NCBI RefSeq assembly: GCF_021028975.2
Contig: NC_059437.1
Coordinates: forward strand, 39,990,001 to 40,054,000
Reading direction: 5' to 3'
From: Sphaerodactylus townsendi
Taxonomy: Eukaryota
DNA: 64,000 nt
Below are positions 1 to 12,491 of the stretch, piece by piece (the stretch's first letter is position 1; the number at the start of each line of letters is the position of its first letter). The notes under the pieces were generated by a model. That model was not told the DNA's origin. It did no database searches and worked only from the letters and a program-made list of their open reading frames with translations. Made by a program: the position numbers and the translations under genes.

Positions 1-129
1 TGTGAATAATGGATCCCTAGATCCTAACATCCTCCTCTAGGATACCAGAAGTGGCTTGAGCCCTCTCTGTTTGCCTCCTCTTCCTCTTTACCAGTTGTTT
101 AACTGCCATTCTGGTCTAGTGATCCACCT

Positions 130-690
130 AGCGTAGTGGTTAAGATCAGGTGGGCCCTTTCCCCACTTACCGTTTGCTGCGCGCTACTGCCCCAAATAGC
201 GTGTGGTCCAGCGGTGCTCCCCAAGAGTCCGGGCGGTGACAACGCAGCCGCCCCGACTCTGCGCTCCAACGTCCCTTCAGCGCACGTCATTTCTGACGCT
301 GGAAGAAACAGCACCTTCTGACTGCCCCGCGCGTGGGGAACACAACCCCCCGCCAGAAATCACTTGAGCTGGGAGTGGCGCGCAGGAAATCGTAAGTGGG
401 GAAAGGCCCGTGGACTCTAATCTGGAGAACCAGGTTTGATTCCCTACTTCTCCACTCCTCCACATGAACAAGGGATGCTTATCTTGTGAACTGGATTTGT
501 TTTCCTGCTCCTACACATGAAGCAATTTGCTGGGCATCCTTCGGCTAGTCACAGTTCTCTCAGAACTCTCTCAGCCCCACCTACCTCACAAGATGCCTGT
601 TGTGGGGAGAAGAAGGGAAAGGAAATTGTAGGCCACCTCGAGACTCCTTAGAGGAGAGAAAAGCAGGGTATAAATCCAAACTCCTCTTCC
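130..690 (+). mobile_element. Squam3-like tRNA-derived CORE SINE (interrupted by a MITE)
   Basis: GTAGTGGTTAAG A-box, GGTTTGATTCC B-box, CCCACCTACCTCACAAG body, TCTTC tail. Confidence 0.8.
153..409. mobile_element. PIF/Harbinger-like MITE nested in a SINE
   Basis: About 35-bp terminal inverted repeats (TIRs) GGCCCTTTCCCCACTTAC.../...GTAAGTGGGGAAAGGCCC; 3-bp TSD GTG (150-152, 410-412). Confidence 0.8.
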
Positions 691-3607
691 TCATTCTGTG
701 GTTTGGTTGGAACAATGAGCATGTTTAACATCTGCCAGATTGGAAGGGGGGGGGGGGTTTGTCTGTGGAGATATTTGTGATAATTTTTTCCTGTATACCC
801 AGGGAGTTCCCCGAGAATGCAAAACCCCTTATTTTTAAGCAGCCCTTTTCCTTGTTCTATTAACTGGCTTGGGACCAGTAAGAGTAATAACAACACGTAG
901 CCAAATGCATTTGACAGAAATCTGTAGGGCCACTGCCTTCCGTTAATGTTGGTGTCACAATTTAATGGCCGGTCTCCCATACCACAAGCCCTCCCCCTCC
1001 TGCTCCCCCCTAGCCTCCTGCAATCTTGTTAGCCAGTCTCTGAAGCTAGCAGCGTGAAGAACTACATCCATGGAAACAGTAAAATGCCACAAGCCAGCCT
1101 CAGCTCCGAGAACAGAAATATCCATCCTTCGGTTTTCCACTGAAGCTGACCCAGGAAAAAGCCTGATTGCTAAAGATAGCACGTCCATTTTGCTCTTGAA
1201 CCTATCAAAAATCTGGGTTCGAATTCCGCCCTTGCACACAAAAATAAGCTGCGCTTAATATTGACAACACCCACCAGACAAATACCTTTGGAAAACTCAA
1301 GTAAAGGACAAAGGCACTGGCTATTTCACTTTAAAATTTGTCCTCAGCATTGTTTGTGGCCAAACAACATGCCGTTAGAACTCAAAACACATTATCTGGC
1401 TGCATTAAAACACACACACACACACAGTTGGAACAGAGAGAAAGGTTGTGGATCAGGGTTGTGGGACCATTTCTGTGATTGGAAATGCCCTCTGCTCAGT
1501 TCCAGTAAGGAAAAGAGACGGACACAGCAAAAAGGACTTATGGATATGATGATATCCAATTGGAAAAATGGAATGGGGAAACAATCCACTTCTTAGTCAG
1601 TACCATGACACCAATTAAGATCTGCTTCCCCAACCTTTTGGGGCCAAACAGCACATCTGGAATTCTAATTACAGAACTGCAACATCCCATAGAGTTTGGC
1701 ATGCAGCCTCATTCATTCCAGTATTGCTGATCTGCTACGCCACTGTGATGGACTTTGAAATCATTTCAACAGGTGTGGCTTAACAGGCCTCACCTTCGCA
1801 ATGGATGAAACTTCCGTTTATCTCTATCTTCAGCATCTGTTGCTTAAACGTATTGTTATTTTACCCTTACATTTTACCCTCACATAGTCACCGTAAGTAC
1901 TTTAACATTTTTATGCACCTCCTTTTGCATATGTAGGTCCTTGCTTTAGACTCACATGCTTTAAACAGTTATTACTTATGCTAAACTTACTTACTTACTA
2001 CTATATTGTATGCATTTCAAACTTAACATTACCTATAGTTTAAACATCAGTGCATAAACAGTAAATCAGCATACATTCATTACATTTCAGCACACTCAAA
2101 ATACCTTTAACCTCAGTTCTCATTTACAGGTTTTTTACCTTTCAGTTTGTCTTAGAAAGTGCATTAGTTATTACGTTGGTTAAACATCTGGCACAGTTAC
2201 TTAACTTCCTACAGTCCACAGCCACAATACAGGGTTATTGTAAGAACTGTCAATTTACTTTATTCACATTGATGGCTACCAGTCTTGATCCTTTTTGATC
2301 TGAGATTGCAAATGCCTTAGCAGACCAGGTGCTCGGGAGCAGCAGCAGCAGAAGGCCATTGCTTTCACATCCTGCATGTGAGCACCCAAAGGCATCTGGT
2401 GGGCCACTGCGAGTAGCAGAGTGCTGGACTGGATGGACTCTGGTCTGATCCAGCAGGCTCTTTCTTATGTTCTTAGCTATCTCAGCTGACAGGTAAGGGC
2501 TCTTGAAGCAAATTCAAAAAAATCCACTCCATCCCAAATATATTTCTTGTGAAATGCTCTGAGACCTCATTTTAAAAAGCCCACAGAATATATATTATTT
2601 GCATATAAAGTATTATTATATTAACCTCTGATCTGTAGAACATCTTAGGCTCATGTAAGGGGCTTGAGTTGGCCTAGTCGAGTTGAAAAAATGTGGTCTT
2701 TGAACTGCAAGCAATGACACGCTGACACCCGTGCCATGTTACAAGAGGTTTTGCGCCTACCCTTTCTAAAACAGACTGCCATGTGGTGTGGGGGAGCTGT
2801 TGTTGGGGGGAAAGTAGTTGCAAAACCTTGGGCTCACAGCTCAGCTTCGCTGTTCTTTGACCACAATTATGTAAGAAACAAGAGCTTTAGGACACTTTTA
2901 AAGACTTCAAGTTGGCCTCAGGGGACCTTTTGGCCGGGACTTTTCTTTGCATCCAATGAAGCCAGCTCTGACTCTTGAACACTTCTGCTGGAATAAAAAT
3001 CGTTCCATCTTTAAGGTGCCACTGAAATTTGGTAAGACCAACACAGCTACCCCATCTCACATAAAAATGTTTATGTGATAATAAAACACTGCCTTTGGGT
3101 GGGAGGTATGTTTGAATCTTCTGTTTCCCACCCCACCTTTACTCTCTTGCATTGTACCAATACATGCAGTTCAATCCTAGGCATGTCTACACAGAAGTAA
3201 GGCCCACTGAGTTCTGTGGGATTTATTCCCAAGAAAGCGTCCACACAGCTGCAATTTTCGTGGCTCTCTAATTGCAGATGTCTGATTAAAAGCAGCTGCA
3301 AAAAGCACAGGGCAGTATGGAGTAGACAGGCCCACAGACAAGTCTGCCAGTGGCTACTAGTAGCCATGGTGACTGAAGGGAATCTTCATATGCAAAGGCA
3401 GTCCACTTTTGAGCACCTGTGCCAGGAGGTAACATCAGGGGCAGGCTTCTAAGCCCTGTGGATGGCTTCCTTTCCAGGGTGATTGGCTGGTTAGTGATAT
3501 AAGATGCCAGACTAGATGGACTACTCATCCAGTCAAAAGAACATCTCTCATGTTCTCACTAGCACAACCCCCCACTACTGGAAATCCCTCCTCCTAATCC
3601 CCTGCTG

Positions 3608-4465
3608 AAGTAGAAGAAGAAAAAGAAGAGTTTGGATTTATATCCCCCCTTTCTCTCCTGTAAGGAGTCTCAAAGGGGCTTACAATCTCCTTACTCCATA
3701 ACAAAACCCCTGTGACGTGGGTGGAGCTGAGAGAACTCTGAAAAACTGTGACTAGCCCAAGGTCACCCAGCTGGCATGTGTTGGAGGGCATAAACGAATC
3801 TGGTTCACCAGATAAGCCTCCACAGCTCAAGTGGCAGAGCGGGGAATCAAACCTGGTTCTCCAGATTAGAGCAGTGATGGGATCCAAAAATTTTAGTAAC
3901 AGGTTCCCATGGTGGTGGGATTCAAACTGTGGCGTAGCACCAATGGGGCTGGGCGGGGCACGACGGGGGTGTGGGCGGGCATTCTGGGGGTGGGGCATTC
4001 CTGGGCGGGGCTGTGATGCGGCTGCTGCGCCAGTCCTTGGGCAGGAAACGAATGCACGCAGGCACAGGCTGCCACGCACGCCGGTGCACCTCCTGCTAGA
4101 CTGCTTCAAGTTCTGCGTGCTACTGCTGAGAGGAGGGGCGTAACTAAGGCAAAAATTACGTGACAAAATCACCAATTAGTAACCCCCTCTCGGCACACAC
4201 AAATAATTAGTAACCTACTCTTGGGAACCTGTGAGAACCTGCTGGATCCCACCTCTGCCCCCCCCCCCCCCAATAACAAAACCCCTGTGAGGCAGGTGGG
4301 GCTGAGAGAACTGTGACTAGCCCAAGGTCACCCAGCCAGCATGTGTTGGAGTGCATAAACGAATCTGGTTCACCAGATAAGCCTCCACAGCTCAAGTGGC
4401 AGAGCAGGGAATCAAACCCGGTTCTCCAGATTAGAGTGTACCTGCTCTTAACCACTACACCACGC
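3608..4465 (-). mobile_element. Two Squam3-like SINE segments (3608-3871, 4272-4465) flanking a hAT element
   Basis: Reverse-complement SINE consensus GAAGAAGAGTTTGGATTTATA...CTTAACCACTACACCAC. Confidence 0.8.
3872..4257. mobile_element. hAT-like non-autonomous DNA transposon between two SINE segments
   Basis: TIRs CAGTGATGGGATCCA / TGGATCCCACCTCTG; G-run-rich interior; TSD not retained. Confidence 0.7.
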
Positions 4466-5054
4466 CGGCTGTAATTCTGGGAGGGGTAAAAAACAGGTAT
4501 GCCTACATCCTTTGTTCCAGGTATGTGTGTGGCTGGGAGTGCAATTCTGATATGGAAACTGACAAATGAGAGAAGAAAGAGTTAACATCCCCTTGGAGCC
4601 ACAGCCCTGATCCACACTGGAGGTCTCCCACAGCTGTTTTTACACCTCTGTGAATACACATCTGAAAATACACACACACCGCATCATGTGTCATTCATGG
4701 CCATTCAGGCAGGACTCATCGTTCAGTTTGTGTGCAGTGCATGATTTATTTTAATAGCTGTACATTTTATTAATAGCAACAATGGTCCCTGGGAAGCTGT
4801 CAAACTCTCTGGGATTAGGCAAAATGCTCTTCTTGTTATATATTCATTGTGGTTGTAGTCTGCCCTTCCTCCAAGGAACATTGGTGGGCAGACACAAAGT
4901 CTGTACTGTTCTGATCTTCACAACAACTCTGTGAGTTAGGCCAGCCACGTGGGGGCGGGGGGGGGGAGAGAAAAAATCAGTACAAGTGACCTGGTGAAGC
5001 ATCAAGGCTTATAACATGCTTCTGATTCCCCAGCCCAGAGAATAACATCTCTTA

Positions 5055-5204
5055 GGCCCCTTCCGCACATGCAGAATAATGCACTTTCAATCCACTTGCA
5101 CAATTGTTTGCAAGTGGGTTTTGCTATTCTGCACAGTAAATCCAGCTGCAAAGTACATTGAAAGTGGACTGAAAGTGCATTATTCTGCATGTGCAGAAGG
5201 GGCC
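5055..5204. mobile_element. Palindromic PIF/Harbinger-like MITE (family copies at about 17235-17310, 41996-42134, 43929-44069, 53231-53381)
   Basis: TIR GGCCCCTTCCGCACATGCAGAATAATGCACTTTCAATCCAC; TTA TSD on both sides. Confidence 0.88.
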
Positions 5205-5547
5205 TTAGTCATGAAGATGCTGCCCTTCCAGTGTAAGAGTGTAAGAAGAACCTGACAGAATCAGGCCAGTGGTCCTTCCAGACCAGCAAGCACCCGGTTT
5301 CGAACAATCTCCAGCCCAAATCTATCTACTACATTTTTATCACATGCTTTATCCTAGCAGCTGCAGATGCCATGCATGGTTTCCCTCTCCTCCATTTTAA
5401 CTTTTCACAACAACCCTGAAAGGTAAATGAGGCTGAAAAAGGGTAACTGGCGAGAAGTCACTCAGGGGTCCTTGCAGTCAGGTAGGTATAGACTGTACCC
5501 CAGGCCTCCCCAGTTCCAGTTCGGTACCTTTACTCAGATTGTAGATG

Positions 5548-5916
5548 ATAAGAACATAAGAACATAAGAACAAGCCAGCTGGATCAGACCAAAGTCCATC
5601 TAGTCCAGCTCTCTGCTACTCGCAGTGGCCCACCAGGTGCCTTTGGGAGCTCACATGTAGGATGTGAACGCAATGGCCTTCTGTGGCTGTTGCTCCCGAT
5701 CACCTGGTCTGTTAAGGCATTTGCAATCTCAGATCAAAGAGGATCAAGATTGGTAGCCATAAATCGACTTCTCCTCCATAAATCTGTCCAAACCCCTTTT
5801 AAAGCTATCCAGGTTAGTGGCCATCACCACCTCCTGTGGCAGCATATTCCAAACACCAATCACACGTTGTGTGAAGAAGTGTTTCCTTTTATCAGTCCTA
5901 ATTCTTCCCCCCAGCA
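5548..5916 (-). mobile_element. LINE (CR1-type) 3' fragment with (TTCTTATG)n tail; copies at 2271-2475 plus, 51457-51704 minus, 59090-59394 plus
   Basis: Four highly similar copies in the window ending in TTCTTATGTTCTTA. Confidence 0.75.
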
Positions 5917-7624
5917 CTCGCCAGTTTTTACCGATGAGGACTATGTGGCTTAGTCCCCTGTCCCTGCCATCAAGGCCTGGTTTTGATACCCCCTGCCCCC
6001 CCCCCCCCCCCCCCCCCCGCCAAAGAAGCTTAGAAAGATGGAAGATGCAGTGACAGATCTCCAGGGCTTTGTTTGTCCACTAAATCATGATGATCCTTAA
6101 TGGGGGCGGCATTCAGTCCAACGTTTCCAACAGTGGGAAACTCGCAAGGGAGACACAAATGGAAACCTTCCCGTTTAACCGTGTTATTTGATAATGCAGA
6201 TGTACTGCTTCTAAGCATGGAGGACCCATTCAGTTTTTGCTGGGCCTATTACCCACCCCCATTCTTGCTAGATGGAGGAGAAAGGGTGAGAGAACAGATA
6301 GTTGCATCCCAAGCATGTTTTAGGGACAGTGGTTTCCAAACAGTGTGGTAGGAGAAGTAAATTGATTAAAGGCTCCCAGGAGCTCAAAGTACCCGCTTGC
6401 AGAGGGGGGGGGGGGTGCCTGCTGAGTCTCTGTATGAGTCACTGCCACAGGCATGCCTCATTCCAGTCAGGAGAGCTGCCCAGAACAATGACTCACACAA
6501 AAACTCAAAGGATGTACTTTTGTCCCTTTGTATTTGGAAGTGTAATGATGAAGGTACAAGGGAAAATGTCACCGATGTGTGTCTTTCTTAGCAACTATTG
6601 ATAGTTCCTAATGGAAGGCCCCACTAAAGGCCTACGTTTGGAAAAACTGAAAACCCTGTTTATGTTTCAGTCTTTTGAAACTGGGGATGGCAGGAAGAAA
6701 GGGAATGGAAATCCACACATGTGCCTTGTGAAAATCTAACAAACGTTTCTTCAAAAGCAACTTGATGTGTCCTCTACAGACAGCAGGTGATGCTCTAGGC
6801 TGTTTGAAATTACTGGGGTTTTGTTTGTTTGTTTGTTTGTTTGCAGGTAGGGAAGAAGATAGCAAGACAGATGTGGTGCTATGGGACATGGTGTTTTTGA
6901 TTACTGTTAGAGTATGCTCATTTTACCTCTGTAATATATTTCAATTCTGCTTTCTAATTGAAATTCACATCGCAATCGGCAGACAAAAACAACAGAAACA
7001 ATCAAATGGAAGCACAATTAAATACCACCAGTGGAAGACACAGTCCGACAGATGCTGCAGGAGATAACAATCTTTTAAAAATCAGCAACTGAAGTGAGAT
7101 CTAAGGAAAATACCAATTCTTGAACTGCCTCCGAAAGACAACAAAGAGAGGATCATACTGTGACATTCTTGATCTTTTTTTTTATCTCTATATTTTTCCT
7201 CCAAGAGGAGAAAGATGCCAGAAAATGTTCAACTGCCCATTCCTACATATTAAATCTCGATTCAAGGGACAGGATGTTTTTTTCAAGGCCTGTTACAGCC
7301 TTATTTGAATCATACACACACCAACCCGGTCTCTTATGTGAAATTAAAATGTGATGCACAACCATGTTCACTTGGAAACAGTGCCCACCGAGTTCAGTGG
7401 GGTTGACCCCTCTGCTAAATGAGCATAGAATGCAGCTCTAATTATAGACCTCCCACATTTAATTTGTCACTTGGTCCTTATTGATAATGCATTTCTTATG
7501 TGTTATTGACACATGGATTGTGCTTGTGATTTATGAAGAAGTGGGTATTAGCGAATTGTTTTGTCTAGATGGTTTTGGACAACGGTATCTCTAATGCCAA
7601 ATTATAAAATGAATACTTTTATTA

Positions 7625-8687
7625 TCTATAACTATAAACGCGAAATACCACTGACTGACTCACTGACTCATCAACAGAACTCAAAAACCACCAAAGCCAC
7701 ACACATGAAATTTGGCACACCTGTTCCTTACGTACTCCAGGTGCTCACTAAGAAAGGATTTTCCAAAATATTCACTTTCACTCGATTTATTACCTATTTA
7801 CTGTTTTCACTGCTCATCTCTGGCCATCTGTGTGAACATTCTATAGAACCAAAATCCAACCTCTCTTCAGTCCAGACATGTTGCACGAACATTCTAAGGA
7901 GTGATGTTACACACCACCAGCTTCATGTCCTTCACTAACTGCACTCTACCACCTCCCTCCACAGCGCATGTGAACCTATTTGAAAACAAACCCATCAGTC
8001 CACAGACAGGCTGTGAGGAAATATGCTGCATGTCACCCCAAAGTTCACAAACAGGCTGCAAAAAAGTATGCTGAATGTCACCCTGAAGTTAACAGACAGG
8101 CTGTGAAAAAGTACTCCTCCACCCACCCTCACGTTAACAACACCGCTACAGCCAAATACTATCAACATACCTTACAAACCACACTATCACCTTGGACTAC
8201 TAAACATTTATCGGTTTTTGCATATGGACATCAGATTGATTACTGCTCTTGGCCTCCGATCACCCTGAGCTTGGTGTCGTGCTCTGAAGTGGCGGGATGA
8301 GTCCCCAGGAATGTGCTGCAGTGGCGGTACAGTCCAGCTCCCTGCCCTTCAACCCTACCCTGAACCTCTTCACAGCCTTCTCACTTATCAGCATCCAATG
8401 GCAGAACACTTCCTTTCTGCATCCCGAAAATACAACGGCTGCTTCCACATGATGTCTTTTGGAGCCCACCAGGTGAAAGAGAGCAATAACACATTGCATT
8501 AGAAAAAGACATCCTCAGGAAGCTGCTGCAACAAACCCATCAGCCCACAGACAGGCTGTGAGGAAATATGCTGCATGTCACCCCCAAGTTCACAAACAGG
8601 CTGTAAAAAAGTATGTTGACTGTCACCCCAAAATTCATAGAGAGCCTGTGATGAAGTATGCGTAGCGAAGCACAGGTGTCCTGCTAG
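7625..8687 (+). mobile_element. Non-autonomous Helitron with RepHel remnant
   Basis: Inserted as A|TC...CTAG|T with no TSD; GC-rich subterminal GCGTAGCGAAGCAC; internal CRALKWRDESPGMCCSGG...HFLSASRKYNGCFHMMSFGA typical of the RepHel N-terminal region. Confidence 0.88.
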
Positions 8688-10409
8688 TTGTTGTTGTTGT
8701 TATTTATTTATTCAACTTAATAAACCGCTCTCCCCCAAGGAGCTCAGAGTGGTGTAAAGACAATAAATACTAAAATACAAAAAAAATTGCATAATATCAT
8801 TAAAACATAAATCAATAAAAACAGTAGCAGCGATACAACCCACCCACAATTTGGTGGATGGCGTCCAGTTCTAACCCTGGGAGGGGACCCGCAGACAGCC
8901 GAAGAAAACAGATGGTACATGGGCATCAGGAACGGGGGGCCGCTCAGCAGCCAGCCCCCCACAAAAACCTGTCTTAAGCCACTGAAGAGGCACAGCAGAG
9001 TTTGAGGACTGTGAGCCCTATGCCTTGCAAGACATGAGCCAGTCTTCTTTTAGAAGCTAAGCTCTGAAGCCTGGATGCGTTTCCTAAAGTTTGGCAGCCA
9101 CCCACTACAATTAAGAGTGCCATGAACGATGAGTGAAAAATGGATACTGTCTGGAGAACAAACAGGATGTTCAGCACCTCATTTCCTCCTCCTGCATAAC
9201 CATCAGAGGGCCAAATATGGAGTCAGGCATAAGCAGAATTTAAATCCTCGCTTCTTCCAAAGAGCCAAGTCATATTGCGTAAGTAAAACACAGCTTCACA
9301 ATCTAATTGCCAGCTGGGGTGTGAATCTGACAAATCGAAGGGACAAAGTTGCGTCTGTTTTACAGGTTTTGCCGGAGTTCAGAAAAAAACACGCTGTGAC
9401 AGTATTGGCTGTATAATCTGGCCGCCTAAGAAACTTCATTTTCATTTTACAAAATTCTAGCTGTGCAAAATCTGCTTGGGAAATGTGTGAGCAACACCCA
9501 GAGAATTCTCTGAACCTAGAGGACATGTCGAATAAGATGCTTGGTGCTTAGACTGGGCAGGATTTCAGTGCCTGGAGAGATCAACATAACTCACCTTGAT
9601 CAGCCAAAGCAGAATGAATGAAAGAGACAAATAAAAATGGTATAATCAGTTATGCAGAATAACAGCAATCCTGCTAGGTGGGTAAACTGTGTAATGCATA
9701 GAGGCAGGAACATTCAGCTTCTGTTCTGGTAGAGTTTTATTAACAAGTATTTTTTTCTGACAAAGATAAACAACAAAATAATCAACACCATTTGGGGTGT
9801 CTTGGCTCAGAATGTTTAAAATTGCATATCAGTATATTCTAAGCTCACACTTCATGATCAACTCTAGAAATAAAGCACATCGATCTTGTGATGTAACTTA
9901 CATCCCAGAATATTATATGGAATTGGTTTTATGATTTCTGTCTCCTGCTTATTGTGCTTTCCCTAGGTTCCTGATTTTTGTTGTGTTGGTTTGTATTCAC
10001 ATTGCATTTGGGGGGCTTTAGATACATTGCTGGTACAGTTGATGTGATATAAATTTCTGCATTCCAGCTGGAAATAAAGAAAACCTTCTCTCCTACCCAT
10101 TCCATTCCATTTTTATTTTTGTAAGACTCTTGGGTTTTGTGTTCCTGAACAGCAATCTGCTTTTTACAATGGTCGAGAAATAGTGTACTTCATAACATAG
10201 GCCAATAAAACAAAATTCTCAGAGACTCTGGCATCCTACCCAGCTCCACACACCCTCTTGAATGGAGGAGGAAAAAAGACGAAAAGCTTTGCTAAAGATA
10301 AATGCCCCTGATATACCACTCTCTGCCTCTCCCCTGCAGCCCCATCCAGCCCTGTGTATGCATGCTGTAAAAAGAAAACTTTCCAGCCCTCGAAAAGCCT
10401 CTTGGACGC

Positions 10410-10454
10410 GTGACCATGGCAACAGAACGTTGTGCTGCCCGTCTCCATGGCAAC
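10410..10454 (+). promoter_or_regulatory. Two tandem RFX X-boxes in the CFAP73 promoter
   Basis: GTGACCATGGCAAC (10410-10423) and GTCTCCATGGCAAC (10441-10454), about 130-170 bp upstream of the ATG in a small CpG-rich patch. Confidence 0.85.
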
Positions 10455-10582
10455 GGGCAGGTGGGGTTCGCGCGGCGGCTTCTGGGCGAAAGGTTTGCAA
10501 GCTGTCGGCTTTCTCGGACCTTTGCAACAGGTTCGACGGGGGAGGAGGGTTAGTGGAAGGGTGGTGCTTTGCCTGAGGAGCC

Positions 10583-10641
10583 ATGACTTCGGATCTGGAG
10601 GAAAGAGTGCGTGCGGCTTTCCACGACAAACTGCTACTAAT
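10583..10641 (+). CDS. CFAP73: CFAP73 (CCDC42B) coding exon 1; gene join 10583-10641,12386-12491,13532-13636,14631-14831,16029-16250,17558-17716,19522-19656 (328 aa)
   Basis: gccATG, MTSDLEERVRAAFHDKLLL + AT|gtaag; resembles the human CFAP73 N-terminus; downstream of two X-boxes; phase-compatible with the next exon. Confidence 0.85.
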
Positions 10642-11445
10642 GTAAGAAGGGGGGGAGGGCAACAAGTTCTGTTTCTCAGTGCTGTATCATAGCTGTTCAT
10701 AGGCATACACTTATTTATTTGTATAATCTTTCAACGACCACTTAAGTATAATATGATGGCCGCTAATGTCTTAAATTAATTGCATTTCATCTGTCCTACT
10801 TGACAGGGCTGTTGCACGCTCTCCTGAGCTCTTACACGTTTGTTCCTTTGAAACATTTGAAATATACTGTATATAGCTAAGTGTAGCTATTATTTAGGGT
10901 CTTGTGGCTCACAAGAATGTTTTGGATGTGTCTCTTAATAATGTTGTCTGGTACATGCGTGTGTATGTACACGAGAGCTGTTTGAAACTGTTTTCATGCA
11001 TTCATGTACATCAGCTGATGTTCAAGGATGCGATGCAGGGTGGTTGAACATGAGTCCTGACTTCCCAGAGAAGCATTGCATGGGAGGTTACATGGAAGAC
11101 TGTTTATGGTGTTAGATCTTGGATGGCTCATTCATATATGTAAGTCGCCATCATGCATCAACATACAAAGCTACCTGTACTGATTCAGTACTTTGGTCCA
11201 TGTGGTTCAGTGTTGTTAAACTGGCAGCAGCTCTTGGGTATCTGAGGCCAAGGGACATTTTTCCCAGTAGTTTCTAGGATTGAATTTGGGATTTCCAGCT
11301 ATTAAACCACAGGAGAATCCCTGCTGGATTACACTGAGGAACTATCTAGTCCAGCTTCCTATTTGCCACCTAGATGTCCCAAAGGGCTTACAGCAGGGCC
11401 ACAGAAGCTAACTGTTCCTCAGTTGCTTTGTTCCTTGGCCTAGGC

Positions 11446-11574
11446 CAGGGGTCTGCAACCTGCTTCTCTCCAGATGTTCATGGACTACAATTCCCATCAG
11501 CCCCTGCCAGCATCAGGGGCTGATGGAAATTGTAGTCCATGAACATCTGGAGAGACGCAGGTTGCAGACCCCTG
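11446..11574. mobile_element. Palindromic hAT MITE
   Basis: CAGGGG...CCCCTG ends, self-complementary, 8-bp TSD GCCTAGGC. Confidence 0.9.
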
Positions 11575-11686
11575 GCCTAGGCTAAACATGGATGGCATAC
11601 TGTCTTGGAACAGAGGACCCAAGGGCTAATCGCCATTGATGGACCTACCTTCCATGAATCTGTCTAATGTTCTGTAAAAGTATCTA

Positions 11687-12333
11687 AGAAGAAGAAGAAT
11701 TTGGATTTATACCCCACCTTTCTTTCCTGGAAGGAAACTCAAGGCAGCATATAAACTCCTTCCCTTCCTCTGAAAGAGCCATGACTAGCCCAAGAGAACC
11801 CAGCAGGTTTCATGTGGAGGAGCGGGGAAACAAATCCAGTTCACCAGATAAGAGTCCATCTGCTTTTAACCACTACAGCACTCTGGCTGTCCAGATAGTA
11901 AGACAGTGGCCATCACAGTAATCCCACAGCAGGGACTTCCACAAGTCAATTCCATGTTCTATTCCGGACTTGGCTGAAGAATGCCCACGCTGAGTCTAAT
12001 GGGTTATCTATTGATAGCAGGTACCTCCAGAGAGCCTGTGCGGGGTTGAGAGTCAGCATGGTGAAATGATGAAATGCAGTCGACTCTATTCTAAAGAACC
12101 GAATTTGATCCCCCACCCTTCTGCATGAATGACAGATTCTTATCTGGGGAACTGGATTTGTTTCCCTGTTCCTACACATGAAGCCTGCTGTGTGACCTTG
12201 GTTCTTTCCGAACTCTCATCCTCACCTACCTCACAAGGTATCTGTTGTGGGGAAAGGAAGGGAAGGAGTTTGTAAGCCACTTTGAGACTCCTTACAGGAG
12301 AGAAAAGTGGGGCATACATCCAAACTCTTCTTC
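11687..12333. mobile_element. Two oppositely oriented Squam3-like SINEs (11687-11885 minus, 12055-12333 plus) in CFAP73 intron 1
   Basis: Similarity to the other copies in the window. Confidence 0.75.
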
Positions 12334-12385
12334 TGAAAGAGTCAGCAAAGGGAACGTTGATGTGATCCTTGAATCTTTGTTCCAG

Positions 12386-12491
12386 GAAAATCCCTGAAAA
12401 AGAAGATGACTTCTTGCCCTCTGGATGCTGCCTGCTGGAGAAACGGAGAGAAGAGACAGAGGTGGAACAAGCTCTGTTAGCCCAGAAAGAG
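12386..12491 (+). CDS. CFAP73: CFAP73 coding exon 2
   Basis: ttccag|G..KIPEKEDDFLPSGCCLLEKRREETEVEQALLAQKE|gtaatt; matches human LLEKRQE...QALQAQKE. Confidence 0.9.

Noticed and set aside
160-400. CpG-rich patch with minus-strand ACG|GTAAGT as a possible RASAL1 first exon (RASAL1 is the expected upstream neighbour)
   Set aside because: The GTAAGT is part of a MITE terminal inverted repeat mirrored at 392-409, nested in a SINE; no RASAL1 coding sequence was seen
7990-8160. CRISPR-like or novel host repeat-protein gene
   Set aside because: Contiguous 45-nt tandem units without spacers, lying inside Helitron termini in a vertebrate genome
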